A DNA stretch of 64,000 nt from Dehalococcoidia bacterium (GCA_963665775.2 CAXXTF010000001.1:544001-608000), one strand, 5' to 3'. Positions 44,272 through 54,493 are shown, counted from the stretch's first letter. Notes: generated by a model not told the origin, from the sequence alone. A program made the numbers and translations.

Positions 44272-45381
44272 ATGACCAGCGACCCGATGCAGCGCGCCCT
44301 GGAGCTGGCCCGCGGCGCCCTGGGCACCACCTCCCCCAACCCCACCGTCGGCGCCGTCCTCACCGGCCCCGATGATGCCATCGTGGGCGAGGGGTCCACC
44401 CAGCCGCCGCCCGGCCCCCATGCGGAGATCGTCGCTCTCCGCCAGGCCGGCCCGCGGGCCCGCGGCGCCACCCTTTACGTCACCCTGGAGCCCTGCCCTC
44501 ATCAAGGCCGCACGCCTCCCTGCGCCGATGCCATCATCGCCGCCGGCGTCGCCGAGGTCCGCTACTCGCTGGCCGACCCCGACCCCAGGGTCGACGGCGG
44601 CGGCCACCGCGCCCTGGAGGCCGCCGGCATCCGCGTCGTGCCCGGCGCGGGTGAGGCCGAGGCGCGCCGCATCAACGAGGCGTTCATCAAGCACCGCACC
44701 CGTGGCCTCCCGTTCGTCGTCGCCAAGTTTGCCGCTTCTCTGGACGGCCGCATCGCCGCCGCCTCCGGCGATTCCCGCTGGGTCTCCGGGCCGCAGACGC
44801 GGGAGTGGGCGCATCGTCTCCGAACCGAACTGGACGCCATCCTCGTCGGCTCTTCCACGGTCATCGTTGACGACCCCCAGCTGACCGCCCGCCCGGGCGA
44901 CCGCGAGGCCGAGCGTCAGCCTCTGCGCGTCGTCGTCGATACGCGCGGCCGCGTGCCGCCCATGGCCCGCGTCCTGATCGGTCCCGGCCGCACCATCGTC
45001 GCCACGGCGGACAGCTCCACCGCACCTTGGCGCGCCGCCATCAAGGCCACGGGCGCCGAATTACTCATCCTCCCCAGGCGCGGCGACCGCGTAGACCTCC
45101 TGGCCCTGCTCCAGGAGCTGGCCCGCCGCGATATCGTCTCCGTACTGGTCGAGGGCGGCGGCGTTATCCTCGGCTCCTTCTTCGACCGGGGCCTCGTCGA
45201 CAAGCTCCACGCCGTCATCGCCCCAATGATCATCGGCGCCGCTGACGCCCCGGCCGCCGTCGCCGGCCAGGGCGCCTTCCGCCTGGCCGACGCCCTCCGC
45301 CTCCGCGATGTGACCCTGGAGCGGCTGGGAGACGACATCCTGGTGACCGCTTACCCCGTCTCTCCGGAGGTGCCGTCTTGA
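44272..45381 (+). CDS. ribD: Riboflavin biosynthesis deaminase/reductase RibD
   Basis: SPNP.VGAV, HAE, TLEPC.H.GRTPPC, SLDG.IA, VEGGG. Confidence 0.96.
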   Translation: MTSDPMQRALELARGALGTTSPNPTVGAVLTGPDDAIVGEGSTQPPPGPHAEIVALRQAGPRARGATLYVTLEPCPHQGRTPPCADAIIAAGVAEVRYSLADPDPRVDGGGHRALEAAGIRVVPGAGEAEARRINEAFIKHRTRGLPFVVAKFAASLDGRIAAASGDSRWVSGPQTREWAHRLRTELDAILVGSSTVIVDDPQLTARPGDREAERQPLRVVVDTRGRVPPMARVLIGPGRTIVATADSSTAPWRAAIKATGAELLILPRRGDRVDLLALLQELARRDIVSVLVEGGGVILGSFFDRGLVDKLHAVIAPMIIGAADAPAAVAGQGAFRLADALRLRDVTLERLGDDILVTAYPVSPEVPS

Positions 45382-45521
45382 GCCGTCGCCGCAGCCGGGC
45401 CATGCGTCGCCGGGGCCGAAGGGTCGGCCGGCCGGCGGCTCGCGTCTCCGTCTGGATATTAATGCTGCTGGCCCTGGTCGTACTCGCTGTCGGCCTTGCC
45501 CGCGCTCTCCCTGCGCCCTAG
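45378..45521 (+). CDS. 47-aa Arg-rich single-TM peptide (not in ORF track)
   Basis: TTG overlaps the ribD stop after GGAGGTG; MSRRRSRAMRRRGRR...VWILMLLALVVLAVGLA. Confidence 0.55.
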   Translation: MSRRRSRAMRRRGRRVGRPAARVSVWILMLLALVVLAVGLARALPAP

Positions 45522-45583
45522 CCTTGACCGGCCCTCGTCCACCCTATACCTTGGTTCCGCCGTACCCCACAACATAGGGGAGA

Positions 45584-46099
45584 ATGACGATGACAGAGAG
45601 CAAGCTCGTGGGACTCCTGTTCGACTCCTGGGACGACCTGGACCGGGTCATCGCCGGCCTTGACCCAGAGGAAGCGGTCGCAAGCGCCGACGGCGGCAGC
45701 TCGTTCGCCTGGACCGTCGCTCAGCTGGCGAGCCAGGTCGATGGCTCGATCAACGTCCGGTTCCAGAAGCGAGACCCCCATCAGCTTATCGGGCAAGGTC
45801 GCTTTCGGGCGGGCGGTAGCGGCGCCGCTCAGGAGTGGCAGGCTATTCAGGCGGCTGTCCGCGAGGTCAGGAAATCCGCCCAGGCTTATCTGGAGGGGAT
45901 GGACGACGGCGACCTCAACCTCGTAATCCCCTACGAGGGCTCTTTCGCGCTCCTCCGGGAAACGGGCATCAGCCTCCGCCATGCCCTCATGCGCAGCTGT
46001 GCCCATCACTACTTCCACATCGGCGAGATCGCCGCCAAGCGCAATCTCCTGGGGCACGAAGTAGGGGATTACCCCGGCCTGTTGGCTCAGTCCATCTAG
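45584..46099 (+). CDS. DinB-superfamily protein
   Basis: S.AW...QL; HHYFHIGEI. Confidence 0.8.
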   Translation: MTMTESKLVGLLFDSWDDLDRVIAGLDPEEAVASADGGSSFAWTVAQLASQVDGSINVRFQKRDPHQLIGQGRFRAGGSGAAQEWQAIQAAVREVRKSAQAYLEGMDDGDLNLVIPYEGSFALLRETGISLRHALMRSCAHHYFHIGEIAAKRNLLGHEVGDYPGLLAQSI

Positions 46100-46154
46100 C
46101 CGGATACATCTCTCGTTTGCTCGTTATCGCGGCTGCCTATACGCTTATCGCGCC

Positions 46155-46742
46155 ATGTTCACCGGCATCATTGAGGAGATAGGCACGATCCGAGAGGCCG
46201 ACCGCGGCCACCTGATCATCGCCTGCCAGAAGTCCCTCCGCGACACCAAGCTGGGCGACTCCATCGCCATCAACGGCGTAGACCTAACCGTCATGCACAT
46301 TGATGACGAATCCCTACACTTTCAGTGCATGCCGGAGACGTATCGCCGCTCCAGTCTGGGCCAGCTCCGCGCGGGCGATCCCGTCAACCTGGAGCGCTCC
46401 CTTACCCTGGCCAGCGGCATCTCCGGCCACCTCGTTCGCGGTGTCGTAGAGGCCACCGGCGAACTCCTCTCCCTCATCCCTGAAGAGGACGCCCTCCTCG
46501 CCCGTTATAGCGCCCCCCCGGATATCCTCCGCCATACCGTGGTCAAGGGCCCCGTCACCGTCGATGGCGTCTCCCTCACCGTCATCACCAAGGACGACCG
46601 CTCGTTCACCGTCTCGCTCGTCCAGTACACCCAGGAGCACACGAACCTCACCCGCCGCGAACCCGGCCATGCCGTAAACTTGGAGAGCGACATCATCGCT
46701 CGCTACGTCGACCAGCTACTCGCTGAGCGGGAGACCCGCTGA
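46155..46742 (+). CDS. ribE: Riboflavin synthase
   Basis: MFTGII, GDSIAING..LTV, VNLER, GH.V.G, DGVSLT. Confidence 0.95.
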   Translation: MFTGIIEEIGTIREADRGHLIIACQKSLRDTKLGDSIAINGVDLTVMHIDDESLHFQCMPETYRRSSLGQLRAGDPVNLERSLTLASGISGHLVRGVVEATGELLSLIPEEDALLARYSAPPDILRHTVVKGPVTVDGVSLTVITKDDRSFTVSLVQYTQEHTNLTRREPGHAVNLESDIIARYVDQLLAERETR

Positions 46743-46834
46743 GCGCCCAGTCCCGCCTTCAGGCAGCGGGCAGCGCCTTCGCTGCCTTTGCGGTATAATA
46801 GCGTCGCTGTCCCCCTTGCGGCGGCGGTACAGGC

Positions 46835-48145
46835 TTGAAGGGAGGCGCCCCCCTCTTGGAGGCACAGTCCAGCGTGGAATCTAACGTGGAATCTATAGAA
46901 AAACACCGGCGGTCGAAGCGATCCCGCCAACGCCAGCCAGGCCCTGCCATCATTGAAGAGGCCCGCGAGGAGTACCGTCGCGGCGGCTTCGTCATCATCG
47001 TCGACCAGGAGAGCCGCGAGAACGAGGGCGACCTCACGATGCCCGCCGAATTCGTTTCGGAGGAAGCTATCAGCTTCATGCTCCGTCACACCAGCGGCAT
47101 CGTCTGCGTCTCCGTCGATGGGGAGCGCCTGGACAACCTGCGCATCCCCCTCATGGTCGGCAACAACCAGGCCCCCTATGGCACCGCCTTCACCGCCTCC
47201 GTAGACGCCCGCATCGGCGTCAGCACCGGCGTCTCCGCTCACGATCGTGCCCGAACCATCCGTATCCTGGCCGATCCAGCCTCCTTCCCCGGTGATCTCG
47301 TTATGCCGGGCCACATCTACCCGCTGCGCGCTCGCGAGGGCGGCGTGCTCGTTCGAGCCGGCCACACGGAGGCCAGCCTGGACCTCTGCCGCCTCGCCGC
47401 CCTCCAGCCGGCAGCCGTTCTCTGCGAGCTCATGAATCCGGACGGCTCCATGATGCGGCTCCCTCAGATCAAGCGCTTCGCCAACCGCCACCACATCAAG
47501 GTCATCACCATCAACCAGCTCATCCGCTACCGCGTCGAGCGTGAGCACCTCGTCCAGCGTGTCGCTACCGCCGACCTTCCCACCAAGTGGGGTGACTTTA
47601 CCCTCTACGCCTACCGGTCCGATATCGATCCAGACGAGCACGCCGCCCTTGTCTTCGGCGATGTCTCGACCTCAGACCCTGTCCTCGTACGGGTGCACTC
47701 CCAGTGCATCTCCGGCGACGTCTTCGGCTCCTTACGCTGCGACTGTGGCGAGCAGGCCCAGCTTGCGCTCCAGCGCATAGCAGAAGAGGGCCGGGGGGTC
47801 TTCGTCTACATGCGCCAAGAGGGCCGGGGCATCGGTTTCCACAATAAGGTCCGCGCCTACCAGATACAGGAGACCGAGGGGCTGGACACGGTCGAGGCGA
47901 ATGAGGCGCTGGGCTTCCCCGCCGACCGCCGTGACTACGGTATCGGCATGCAGATCCTCATGGACCTGGGTCTCCGGAAGATCCGCCTGCTCACCAACAA
48001 CCCCGCCAAGCGTGCCGGCCTCGAGGGCTACGGCCTGGCGGTGGTGGAGCGCGTTCCCCTCATGACCGTTCCTAACCGTCACAACAAGCGCTATCTAGAG
48101 ACCAAGCGCGACAAGCTCGGTCACATCATGGACATACCCAGCTGA
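46835..48145 (+). CDS. ribBA: Bifunctional DHBP synthase / GTP cyclohydrolase II
   Basis: RENEGD, PGHI.PL, RAGHTEA, RVHSQC..GD.FGS.RCDCG, QEGRGIG, LLTNNP.K; start uncertain. Confidence 0.96.
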   Translation: MKGGAPLLEAQSSVESNVESIEKHRRSKRSRQRQPGPAIIEEAREEYRRGGFVIIVDQESRENEGDLTMPAEFVSEEAISFMLRHTSGIVCVSVDGERLDNLRIPLMVGNNQAPYGTAFTASVDARIGVSTGVSAHDRARTIRILADPASFPGDLVMPGHIYPLRAREGGVLVRAGHTEASLDLCRLAALQPAAVLCELMNPDGSMMRLPQIKRFANRHHIKVITINQLIRYRVEREHLVQRVATADLPTKWGDFTLYAYRSDIDPDEHAALVFGDVSTSDPVLVRVHSQCISGDVFGSLRCDCGEQAQLALQRIAEEGRGVFVYMRQEGRGIGFHNKVRAYQIQETEGLDTVEANEALGFPADRRDYGIGMQILMDLGLRKIRLLTNNPAKRAGLEGYGLAVVERVPLMTVPNRHNKRYLETKRDKLGHIMDIPS

Positions 48146-48153
48146 GGCGGGCC

Positions 48154-48509
48154 GTGACCACCCCGAACCTCCAGGCTGGAGAGTCCGCCGACATCCGCGG
48201 CCAGAAGACCCGCCTCCGCCCCATGCGTCCCGATGGAGCCCCCCTTTTCTACGGCTGGGCCACCGATCCCGAAGTTCAGCCCTTCTGGGGCGGCCATGAC
48301 CGTTGTCAGTCGTTGGGCCGTACCCTACGTGACCGGGGGCTCACTACTGCGACGCCGCCTACCGCGGCCGCGGCTACGGCACCGACGCCGTCCGCGCCTT
48401 CCTCTGCTTCCTCCGCGAGGGCGTCACACGCCAGTCCGACTGGGTTGACGGGCGCTGGGTAGACGCGGTCCTCTACGGCATCCTGGAGCACGATTTCCGC
48501 CGCCCGTAG
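48154..48509 (+). pseudogene. Frameshifted, internally deleted RimJ-type GNAT acetyltransferase
   Basis: N-terminal IRGQKTRLRPM...W.TDPEV is in one frame; YRGRGYGTDAV...EG..RQ..WVDGRWVDAVLYGILE is in another. Confidence 0.75.
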
Positions 48510-48615
48510 ATGGCGGGCCGGTCTTTGGCCTGCCGCCTTGCGCCTGAAGGCTTATAATGGGAAGAGCGTCGGCTCCTGGGCCGGCTCGACTATCCCAGTT
48601 CATCTGTGTGAATCT

Positions 48616-49089
48616 GTGGCCAGCAAGACCCCTTACGAAGGCCAACTCGACGGCTCCCGCCTCGTTCTAGCTGTCGTCGTCTCCCGCTTCAACGAGCACG
48701 TCACCGCCAAGCTCCTCGCGGGGGCGGAGGCCGCGTCCGAGCGCTACCGCGTCTCCCAGCATGACGTGTTCTGGGTCCCCGGCTCCTTCGAGATCCCCCT
48801 CATCGTCCAGCAACTGGCCCGCTCCAGCCGCTACGACGCCGTCGTATGTCTGGGCGCCGTCATCCGACACGAGACCGATCACTACGAGCACGTAGCCCGG
48901 GAGGCTGCGAGTGGTATCCAGCGCGTCGCTCTGGACACGGGTGTCCCCTGTATCTTCGGTGTCCTCACCACGGATAGCGAAGAGCAGGCCCTGGCGCGCG
49001 CCGGCGGCCGCCACGGCAACAAAGGCGACGAGGCCGTCCAGTCCGCTATCCGGACGGCCAATCTCCTACGGGCCCTGCGGCAGGACTAA
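48616..49089 (+). CDS. ribH: Lumazine synthase
   Basis: VVSRFN, VPGSFEIP, LGAVIR.ET.H, FGVLT, NKG.EA. Confidence 0.96.
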   Translation: MASKTPYEGQLDGSRLVLAVVVSRFNEHVTAKLLAGAEAASERYRVSQHDVFWVPGSFEIPLIVQQLARSSRYDAVVCLGAVIRHETDHYEHVAREAASGIQRVALDTGVPCIFGVLTTDSEEQALARAGGRHGNKGDEAVQSAIRTANLLRALRQD

Positions 49090-49105
49090 AGGGTGCGACC
49101 TTCCC

Positions 49106-49903
49106 CTAGGGCTTGACCTCTTTCCAGTACTCCCGTTTCGTCGCGATGGGCCGGAAGCCCATTCTCGCGTACATCTGCTTCGGCGTGTTCGCCGCGGCGG
49201 CCAGGAGGATAACCGGACCAGCTTGGCGCTTACGGCAGTCCGAGACGCAATGGTGGACGAGCGTAGTGGCCAGGCCCTGATGTCTGAAGTCCGGATGGGT
49301 GAAGAGGTCCTCCACCTGCCCCATACCGGCGGGACCCTCCCACGACGAGCAGTGGGCCCGAGCCTCCCCGTCCACGTAGGCCAGCCAGTATCGTGCCGGT
49401 GGTACCCGCAGGCGCATTGACCGCGCCATCACCCTGCCGACCTCCTCATCATTGGGCATGTCTGCCCCCTCCCTGTATTCCCGCCAGCCGATCTCGTGTA
49501 GCGCTTCGTACTGCTCCCATCCGGCCTCGTCCCTGATCGGCCGGATGTCGACAGACTTCGCCTGGCCCGCCAGCTCCCCCTCCAGCAGCATGACCAGCTC
49601 CTCGTTACGTTGGTAGCCGTCCAGCGCCAGCCGCGCCTCGAATGCTGGCGGTGTCGTGAAGTCGAGGTCGAAGCGCCGGTGAGGGAAGCCGGCGAACTCG
49701 CGCTCCACGCGCGCCAGCAGTGCCTCGATCTCGGACGAGGTAGCGGCGGTAACGTGCGTCACGTGGTTCGCGTCGCGGATCGCCTGGAACGCCCGAAAAT
49801 CCCGGTTGCGAATGAAGGTGGCGCCGTCCGCCTCGAACCGCTCGTTCCCAAGCGCCTGGAACGCCTGGTTCACTTCAAGCGCCTTTAGGGCCAGGTCTGT
49901 CAT
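49106..49903 (-). CDS. GNAT acetyltransferase
   Basis: VEDLFTHPDFRHQGLA, MYARMGF. Confidence 0.85.
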   Translation of the reverse strand: MTDLALKALEVNQAFQALGNERFEADGATFIRNRDFRAFQAIRDANHVTHVTAATSSEIEALLARVEREFAGFPHRRFDLDFTTPPAFEARLALDGYQRNEELVMLLEGELAGQAKSVDIRPIRDEAGWEQYEALHEIGWREYREGADMPNDEEVGRVMARSMRLRVPPARYWLAYVDGEARAHCSSWEGPAGMGQVEDLFTHPDFRHQGLATTLVHHCVSDCRKRQAGPVILLAAAANTPKQMYARMGFRPIATKREYWKEVKP

Positions 49904-49933
49904 GCTCGGAGTCTCCCGTACCGGCTGGTCGCG

Positions 49934-50443
49934 ATGGGCCGGTCTAACCTATCTGCTACAATGGCTGAAATGTACGGACGTCACCCGAACGTCGTCATCG
50001 TCCGCTACTGGTCTCAGACCGAGCCCCCCTGGGATCGCCGGAACGTCCCCTGGATCGTCCGCCTGACTGTTCGTTGGGGCATGACCATCGTCGGCTTCCT
50101 CGCCGCCGAGGCGCTCATTAGTGGCATCGACATCGCTGGCTGGCAGGCCCTCCTGCCCGCCGCCGCCATCTTCGTCGTCGCCAGCGCCCTCCTGAGGCCG
50201 CTCCTCCTGCTCCTCACCTGCCCCCTTCAGATCGTGACCTTCGGGCTGTTCATCTTCGTCATTAACGCCGCCATCCTCGCCCTCACCGCCTGGCTCTCCG
50301 GCCGGTGGGGGATCGGCTTCGATGTCGACGGGTTTGCCGCCGCCTTCCTGGGAGCCCTGGTCATCTCCGCCGCCTCCTTCCTCCTGACCAGACTCCTCGC
50401 CCGCCGCCTCCGTCGCGGCCCGGGCGCATCGCTCCCCGCATAG
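49934..50443 (+). CDS. 4-TM membrane protein (YvlD/DUF360, phage_holin_4_2 family)
   Basis: LRP.L.LLT.PL.I.TFGLF.FVINA; start uncertain. Confidence 0.85.
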   Translation: MGRSNLSATMAEMYGRHPNVVIVRYWSQTEPPWDRRNVPWIVRLTVRWGMTIVGFLAAEALISGIDIAGWQALLPAAAIFVVASALLRPLLLLLTCPLQIVTFGLFIFVINAAILALTAWLSGRWGIGFDVDGFAAAFLGALVISAASFLLTRLLARRLRRGPGASLPA

Positions 50444-50452
50444 GGCTCGGCT

Positions 50453-50713
50453 CTAGTCGCCGCTCACCTTGAACACCCGGTCGCCGCCGCGGCATCGCTC
50501 CGCCACCTTGATTCCGATTTTGTCCCCCGCCTTCGCCTTCTGCACCGACTCGTGCTCGATTTGGATGCTCCCCACAACCTGCTCAAGCTCCGTCGTGTGC
50601 CCTCTCACCCGGATTCGGTCTCCCACCTTCAGCGCCTTCTTCAGATCGATCCCCGCCACCTCGATCTGGGCGAAGTAGTCCACTACCTTCCCGATCTCGG
50701 TCTCTTTGGCCAT
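50453..50713 (-). CDS. Translation elongation factor domain-II-like small protein
   Basis: IGKV.DYF..I.VAGI.L...LKVGD.I...GHTT...Q.V.S.QIEH. Confidence 0.85.
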   Translation of the reverse strand: MAKETEIGKVVDYFAQIEVAGIDLKKALKVGDRIRVRGHTTELEQVVGSIQIEHESVQKAKAGDKIGIKVAERCRGGDRVFKVSGD

Positions 50714-50811
50714 CGCATTCCCTCCTTTGTCCTCGCTCGACAGCGCATCTCGCCAGAGGTCTGCTTGGTTCTACAGCGGTGCGCGGGTCCTCAGTCGTCC
50801 GTCCCCGGCGA

Positions 50812-51051
50812 TTAGCCCTCGTTCAGGCTCAGGAAATCCCGCATCGCCTCGCGCAGCTGCTGCCGGTGCTTCGGGTTGGCCAGCGTTAGCCCGTGGTGGT
50901 TGATCAGCCGCGCCGAGGTCTCCTGCCACTCCCGCCAGCACTCCCCGCACACGCTCTCCAACACCTTCTGGCCCGCGGGCCCACCCATCGGCGCCGACTC
51001 CAGTCCGTCCTTCTCCTCCTTGCACTTCGCACACGTGATCACGCTCGCCAT
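50812..51051 (-). CDS. YggX-like Fe(II)-trafficking/oxidative damage protection protein
   Basis: C.KC...GL..P..G..G.K....VC.ECW.EW......IN...L.L. Confidence 0.85.
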   Translation of the reverse strand: MASVITCAKCKEEKDGLESAPMGGPAGQKVLESVCGECWREWQETSARLINHHGLTLANPKHRQQLREAMRDFLSLNEG

Positions 51052-51116
51052 GCTTACCTCCCTCCGTCAGTCATCCCCATTGTCCCACAGGACGGCCTGC
51101 CCTTGGCTCTCTCTTA

Positions 51117-52094
51117 CTACGTTTCATCAGCCCGTGTCGCCTCTTTCGGCAGCGCCATCTGTTCCGACGCCGCCGCCTCCGCCAGCGGCAGCTCCAGCTG
51201 ACCCCTGAAGCGCTCCACCGCCTTATCCACCTCGTCGTACTTGTTCTTGGCGTTCGTGAGGTGCCTCCCCAGCACCTCGTACTCCTGCTGAAACCGTCCG
51301 TAATCGTTTTTCAGCCGTCCTAAGCGGCCCAGAATCTTGTCGGCCTCGCGCTCCACGTGCATCCCGTTTAGCCCCTTAACGATCACCTGCAGGTAGGCGT
51401 AAAAGCTGTTCGGCGATACGGTGATCACCCGTCGCTCCAGCGCGTATCCCTGAATGCTGCCCCCGTCGAGTTCCATCTCCTCCTTCACGATCGTCTCGTA
51501 GTAAACGTTCTCGGCCGGTATGTACATGAGGGCGAAATCGAACGTACCCTCGTCCGGCCGGATATACTTAGCGACCGCGTCCACGTGCCCCCGGACGGCC
51601 CGCACGAACTTCCGCCGCAGCCGCGCCCGCTCCTCCTCCGTCTCCGCGGCGATCATCCTCGTGAAGCTCTCCAGGGGGAACTTGGCGTCCACCGGCACCT
51701 GGGCCACGCCAAGGTCGATCACAGCGTCCACCACCTCGCCGCTCTGGAAGCGGCGCTGAAACGTGTAGTTGGCCTCGGGCAGGATCTGGGCCAGCAGCCT
51801 TTCCAGGAGCATCTCGCCGAACTCGCCGCGCATCTTGGGCGGCTTCAGGATCTCCTGCAGGCTGGCGATGCTCTTCCCCACCTCTAGTATCCGTGTCGCG
51901 GAGGACCCGACGGCTTGCAGGTTCTCGCCCACCGTCTTCATGCGTTCGGCCGTGGCCTGGAGGTTCACGTCCAGCCGGCCGTCCATGCGATCCAGCCGCG
52001 CCTCCAGTCGGCGGCGGCTCTCACGGCTTTCGTACACGACCAGGGCCAGCAAACCGATTGCCAACACGATCACCACGATAGCGATTGTTGTCAC
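51117..52094 (-). CDS. rmuC: DNA recombination protein RmuC
   Basis: RG.FGE..LE, VDAKFPL, KYI.P..GT.DFA.MYIP.E..Y, SP.SF. Confidence 0.92.
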   Translation of the reverse strand: MTTIAIVVIVLAIGLLALVVYESRESRRRLEARLDRMDGRLDVNLQATAERMKTVGENLQAVGSSATRILEVGKSIASLQEILKPPKMRGEFGEMLLERLLAQILPEANYTFQRRFQSGEVVDAVIDLGVAQVPVDAKFPLESFTRMIAAETEEERARLRRKFVRAVRGHVDAVAKYIRPDEGTFDFALMYIPAENVYYETIVKEEMELDGGSIQGYALERRVITVSPNSFYAYLQVIVKGLNGMHVEREADKILGRLGRLKNDYGRFQQEYEVLGRHLTNAKNKYDEVDKAVERFRGQLELPLAEAAASEQMALPKEATRADET

Positions 52095-52109
52095 GGCTGC
52101 GCCCCTTTC

Positions 52110-53735
52110 TCAGAACTCCCAGGCATCCCCGTATCCCAGCACCCTCACCTCGATCCCCGTGCCGCGCAGGTGCTCGGCGAAGTAGGCCGGGTTCTCCGTG
52201 TGGATCGGCACCAGCGTCTTGGGCCCGATCTCCCGCGCCAGGGTCAGCAGCTCATCGGCGCTGGCGTGCCCCGAGGCGTGCAGCCCTTGCTCCTCCTCCG
52301 GCAGCGCCGCGATCGCCTGCCCCGCCTCGTACGGCAGCCCCACCGACCGCAGATCGAAGTGCTCCAGCCAGTTGCGCAGCCGCCGGAAATCCATCTCCTG
52401 CTCCTCCGTGTACGCCTCGCTGGAGGAATACACGTATGTCCCGCCGTGCACATTGATATCGACCAGGTTCTTGGCGTCCCAGAAGCTGAAGCAGAGGACG
52501 TAGTCCCCCGGCGAGTTGTGCACCTGCCGCGCCGACACCAGCCGCTCGCCAAACCGGTTGCGCAGGTTCCGCTCCCACGGCTCCACGCTATAGCGGAGGT
52601 CCTCATACACCAGCATCTGCGCGCTGTTCGACAGCCCCGGCAGGGACGGCGCGGCCAGGCGCATCGCCTCCAGCAGGTAGGCGTCCTTGGCCAGGATCAC
52701 CAGCTGCCGCCCAGTCTGTCCGGCGATTGCCAGGAACGTCTCCAGCCGCTCGATGTTCCGCGGTCCGAAGTCGGCGATCACCAGGTTCTGCTCGGCCCGC
52801 ACCTGCCCCAGCGCCCGCTTGAATACGTCCTGCTCCGTGTAGCTGTGCTGATCCAGCTTGCTGGCCGCGCTGCCGGACGGTATGCGTGTGCCCTCGCAGA
52901 GGAGCAGCCGCGGTCGCAGCGATGCTACGGCGTCGATGAACCGCTCCGTGTCCGTCGCCCCGGCGCCGTGCCAGCGCACGTCCCCGGTGTACACCACCCA
53001 TCCCGCCGATGTCTCCACCGCCCAGGCCCCCGCCCCGTACACCGAGTGGTCCACCGGGAAGAAGCGCACCGGCAGCCCTCCCGCCCGTTCAGAGGAGGGC
53101 TGGGTCGGGGCCGGCGCCAGCCCCTTGCGGCGGGCGTTATCCTGCCCCAATACGTGGTTCGGGGAGCGATCCCAGAACTCCCGCGCCTCTTCGCCCAGCG
53201 TCTCCCGGTCGGCGAAGCAGAAGGGCCGCTGGTGGTAGCTCTCGCCGCGCACCGTCCGCAGATAGCCGCCGTCGTCCGCCCGCGGGCTGAGGTAGCACAC
53301 CTCCTTCTCGAAGTCCGCCATGCTGGAGTCCTGCATCGCCTTGGCGATGAACGCCGTCATGGCGCTGGCGTATACCGGCGTCTCCTCTCGCAGGAACGAG
53401 ATGTAGCCGGTGTGGTCCACGTGGGCGTGCGAGACCAGTACCCCGTCCACGCCGTCCAGCTCCCGGTAGCCGGGCCGCTCCCGACAGCGCTCCCAGGTCT
53501 CGCCGGGGGGCACCAGGTCCGGCCGGTAGAGCCCCTCCAGGGGCGGCAGCAGACCCATCTCCAGCAGGTCCAGCAGCCCTGCCCCGGGCCGCGGCCTCAG
53601 GTACTCCTCGAAATACAGGTCGCGGGTCTTGAACGTCGTCCCAAAGTCGAAGAACAGGCGAGACCCTTCGTCCTCCAGCAGGATCTTGTTGCCGCCGATC
53701 ATCTCGGCGCCGCCGTAGACGGTTACGGTGGGCAT
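52110..53735 (-). CDS. MBL/beta-CASP nuclease (RNase J-like)
   Basis: GG..IGGN, SHAHVDH, VDHS, YTGD.R.HG, EGT, HASGH, PIHTE. Confidence 0.88.
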   Translation of the reverse strand: MPTVTVYGGAEMIGGNKILLEDEGSRLFFDFGTTFKTRDLYFEEYLRPRPGAGLLDLLEMGLLPPLEGLYRPDLVPPGETWERCRERPGYRELDGVDGVLVSHAHVDHTGYISFLREETPVYASAMTAFIAKAMQDSSMADFEKEVCYLSPRADDGGYLRTVRGESYHQRPFCFADRETLGEEAREFWDRSPNHVLGQDNARRKGLAPAPTQPSSERAGGLPVRFFPVDHSVYGAGAWAVETSAGWVVYTGDVRWHGAGATDTERFIDAVASLRPRLLLCEGTRIPSGSAASKLDQHSYTEQDVFKRALGQVRAEQNLVIADFGPRNIERLETFLAIAGQTGRQLVILAKDAYLLEAMRLAAPSLPGLSNSAQMLVYEDLRYSVEPWERNLRNRFGERLVSARQVHNSPGDYVLCFSFWDAKNLVDINVHGGTYVYSSSEAYTEEQEMDFRRLRNWLEHFDLRSVGLPYEAGQAIAALPEEEQGLHASGHASADELLTLAREIGPKTLVPIHTENPAYFAEHLRGTGIEVRVLGYGDAWEF

Positions 53736-53737
53736 GG

Positions 53738-54493
53738 CTACCCGCTCGATGCTTTGAGGACGGTTGGCCAGTCGATGCGGCCATCCTGTGCGAAACCCTC
53801 TCTAGCTTCCTGCAGGAGACGATTTCGCGCCGATCCCACATCTGCTCTGTAAAGCTGTCTGGCACAGGCAAGAGCGTCAAGCAGTTTACGATAGAAGTCA
53901 GTGTCTCCAGACAGCTTCTTCCATAGCTCCTTGCTTGAGAGCGTAATGATTCCCTGTCGCGGCGTCCCTGTCCGCTTTCTGCCGTACGCGAACCCAAAAA
54001 AAGGGTGCACGGCCACACCTCGCTCCTGCTGTAGTCGCGCTCTGGCGTTCGCGAGATCCTCACGTTGCCTCTTGAGGCTCGACGAGGTGTAACCTGCCGG
54101 TCCTGACTTGATGGCGTAAAGCTCCCCGGAATCCTCAAATCGTCTCTTCACATCCACTCCTTCAGCCGAAGATTTGATACAGCCAGGAAGCGCGGTCACC
54201 AGCCTCTCAAGTATCTTGCCGAATAGCCCCTCCACCGACGAGCTCACGAAGTCTGAGAGGGCCCGATCCACCAGATCATCAACGCTGTCGATCCCTATGG
54301 CTCTGTAGAGATAAGGATTCTTCCGGGAGATGAGCTTGCGGAAGGTTATAGTCTCAAGTTTGTCCGCTAGTGGTGTGAGGAAGTCGCGACGTAACGTCTG
54401 CACGAGGGCTCGCGCCAGCTCGCCGTCTTGCCCCAAGGCATCTTCTATACACCTGTAGATCGGGATGTCACTGTCCATCACCCATGTTTCCAA
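53738..54493 (-). CDS. Type II restriction endonuclease (EcoO109I/PmeII-like)
   Basis: RKNPYLYRA, SS.E..FG...E, G.D...A.KSGP (PD-(D/E)xK variant); overlaps the MTase. Confidence 0.75.
   Translation of the reverse strand: METWVMDSDIPIYRCIEDALGQDGELARALVQTLRRDFLTPLADKLETITFRKLISRKNPYLYRAIGIDSVDDLVDRALSDFVSSSVEGLFGKILERLVTALPGCIKSSAEGVDVKRRFEDSGELYAIKSGPAGYTSSSLKRQREDLANARARLQQERGVAVHPFFGFAYGRKRTGTPRQGIITLSSKELWKKLSGDTDFYRKLLDALACARQLYRADVGSARNRLLQEAREGFAQDGRIDWPTVLKASSG

Noticed and set aside
46873-46895. Near-tandem 12-bp repeat CGTGGAATCTA(A) at the ribBA 5' end
   Set aside because: Two copies only; trivial slippage duplication.
49934-50443. Phage-holin-family membrane protein as part of the packaging system
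   Set aside because: This 4-TM family is a common chromosomal gene, lies 30 kb away and has no SOS box.
51915-53852. Long antisense ORFs (51915-53852, 58903-60033, 60359-61636, 19025-20044, 17353-18306)
   Set aside because: Shadow ORFs opposite well-supported genes, expected in high-GC DNA; no motifs.
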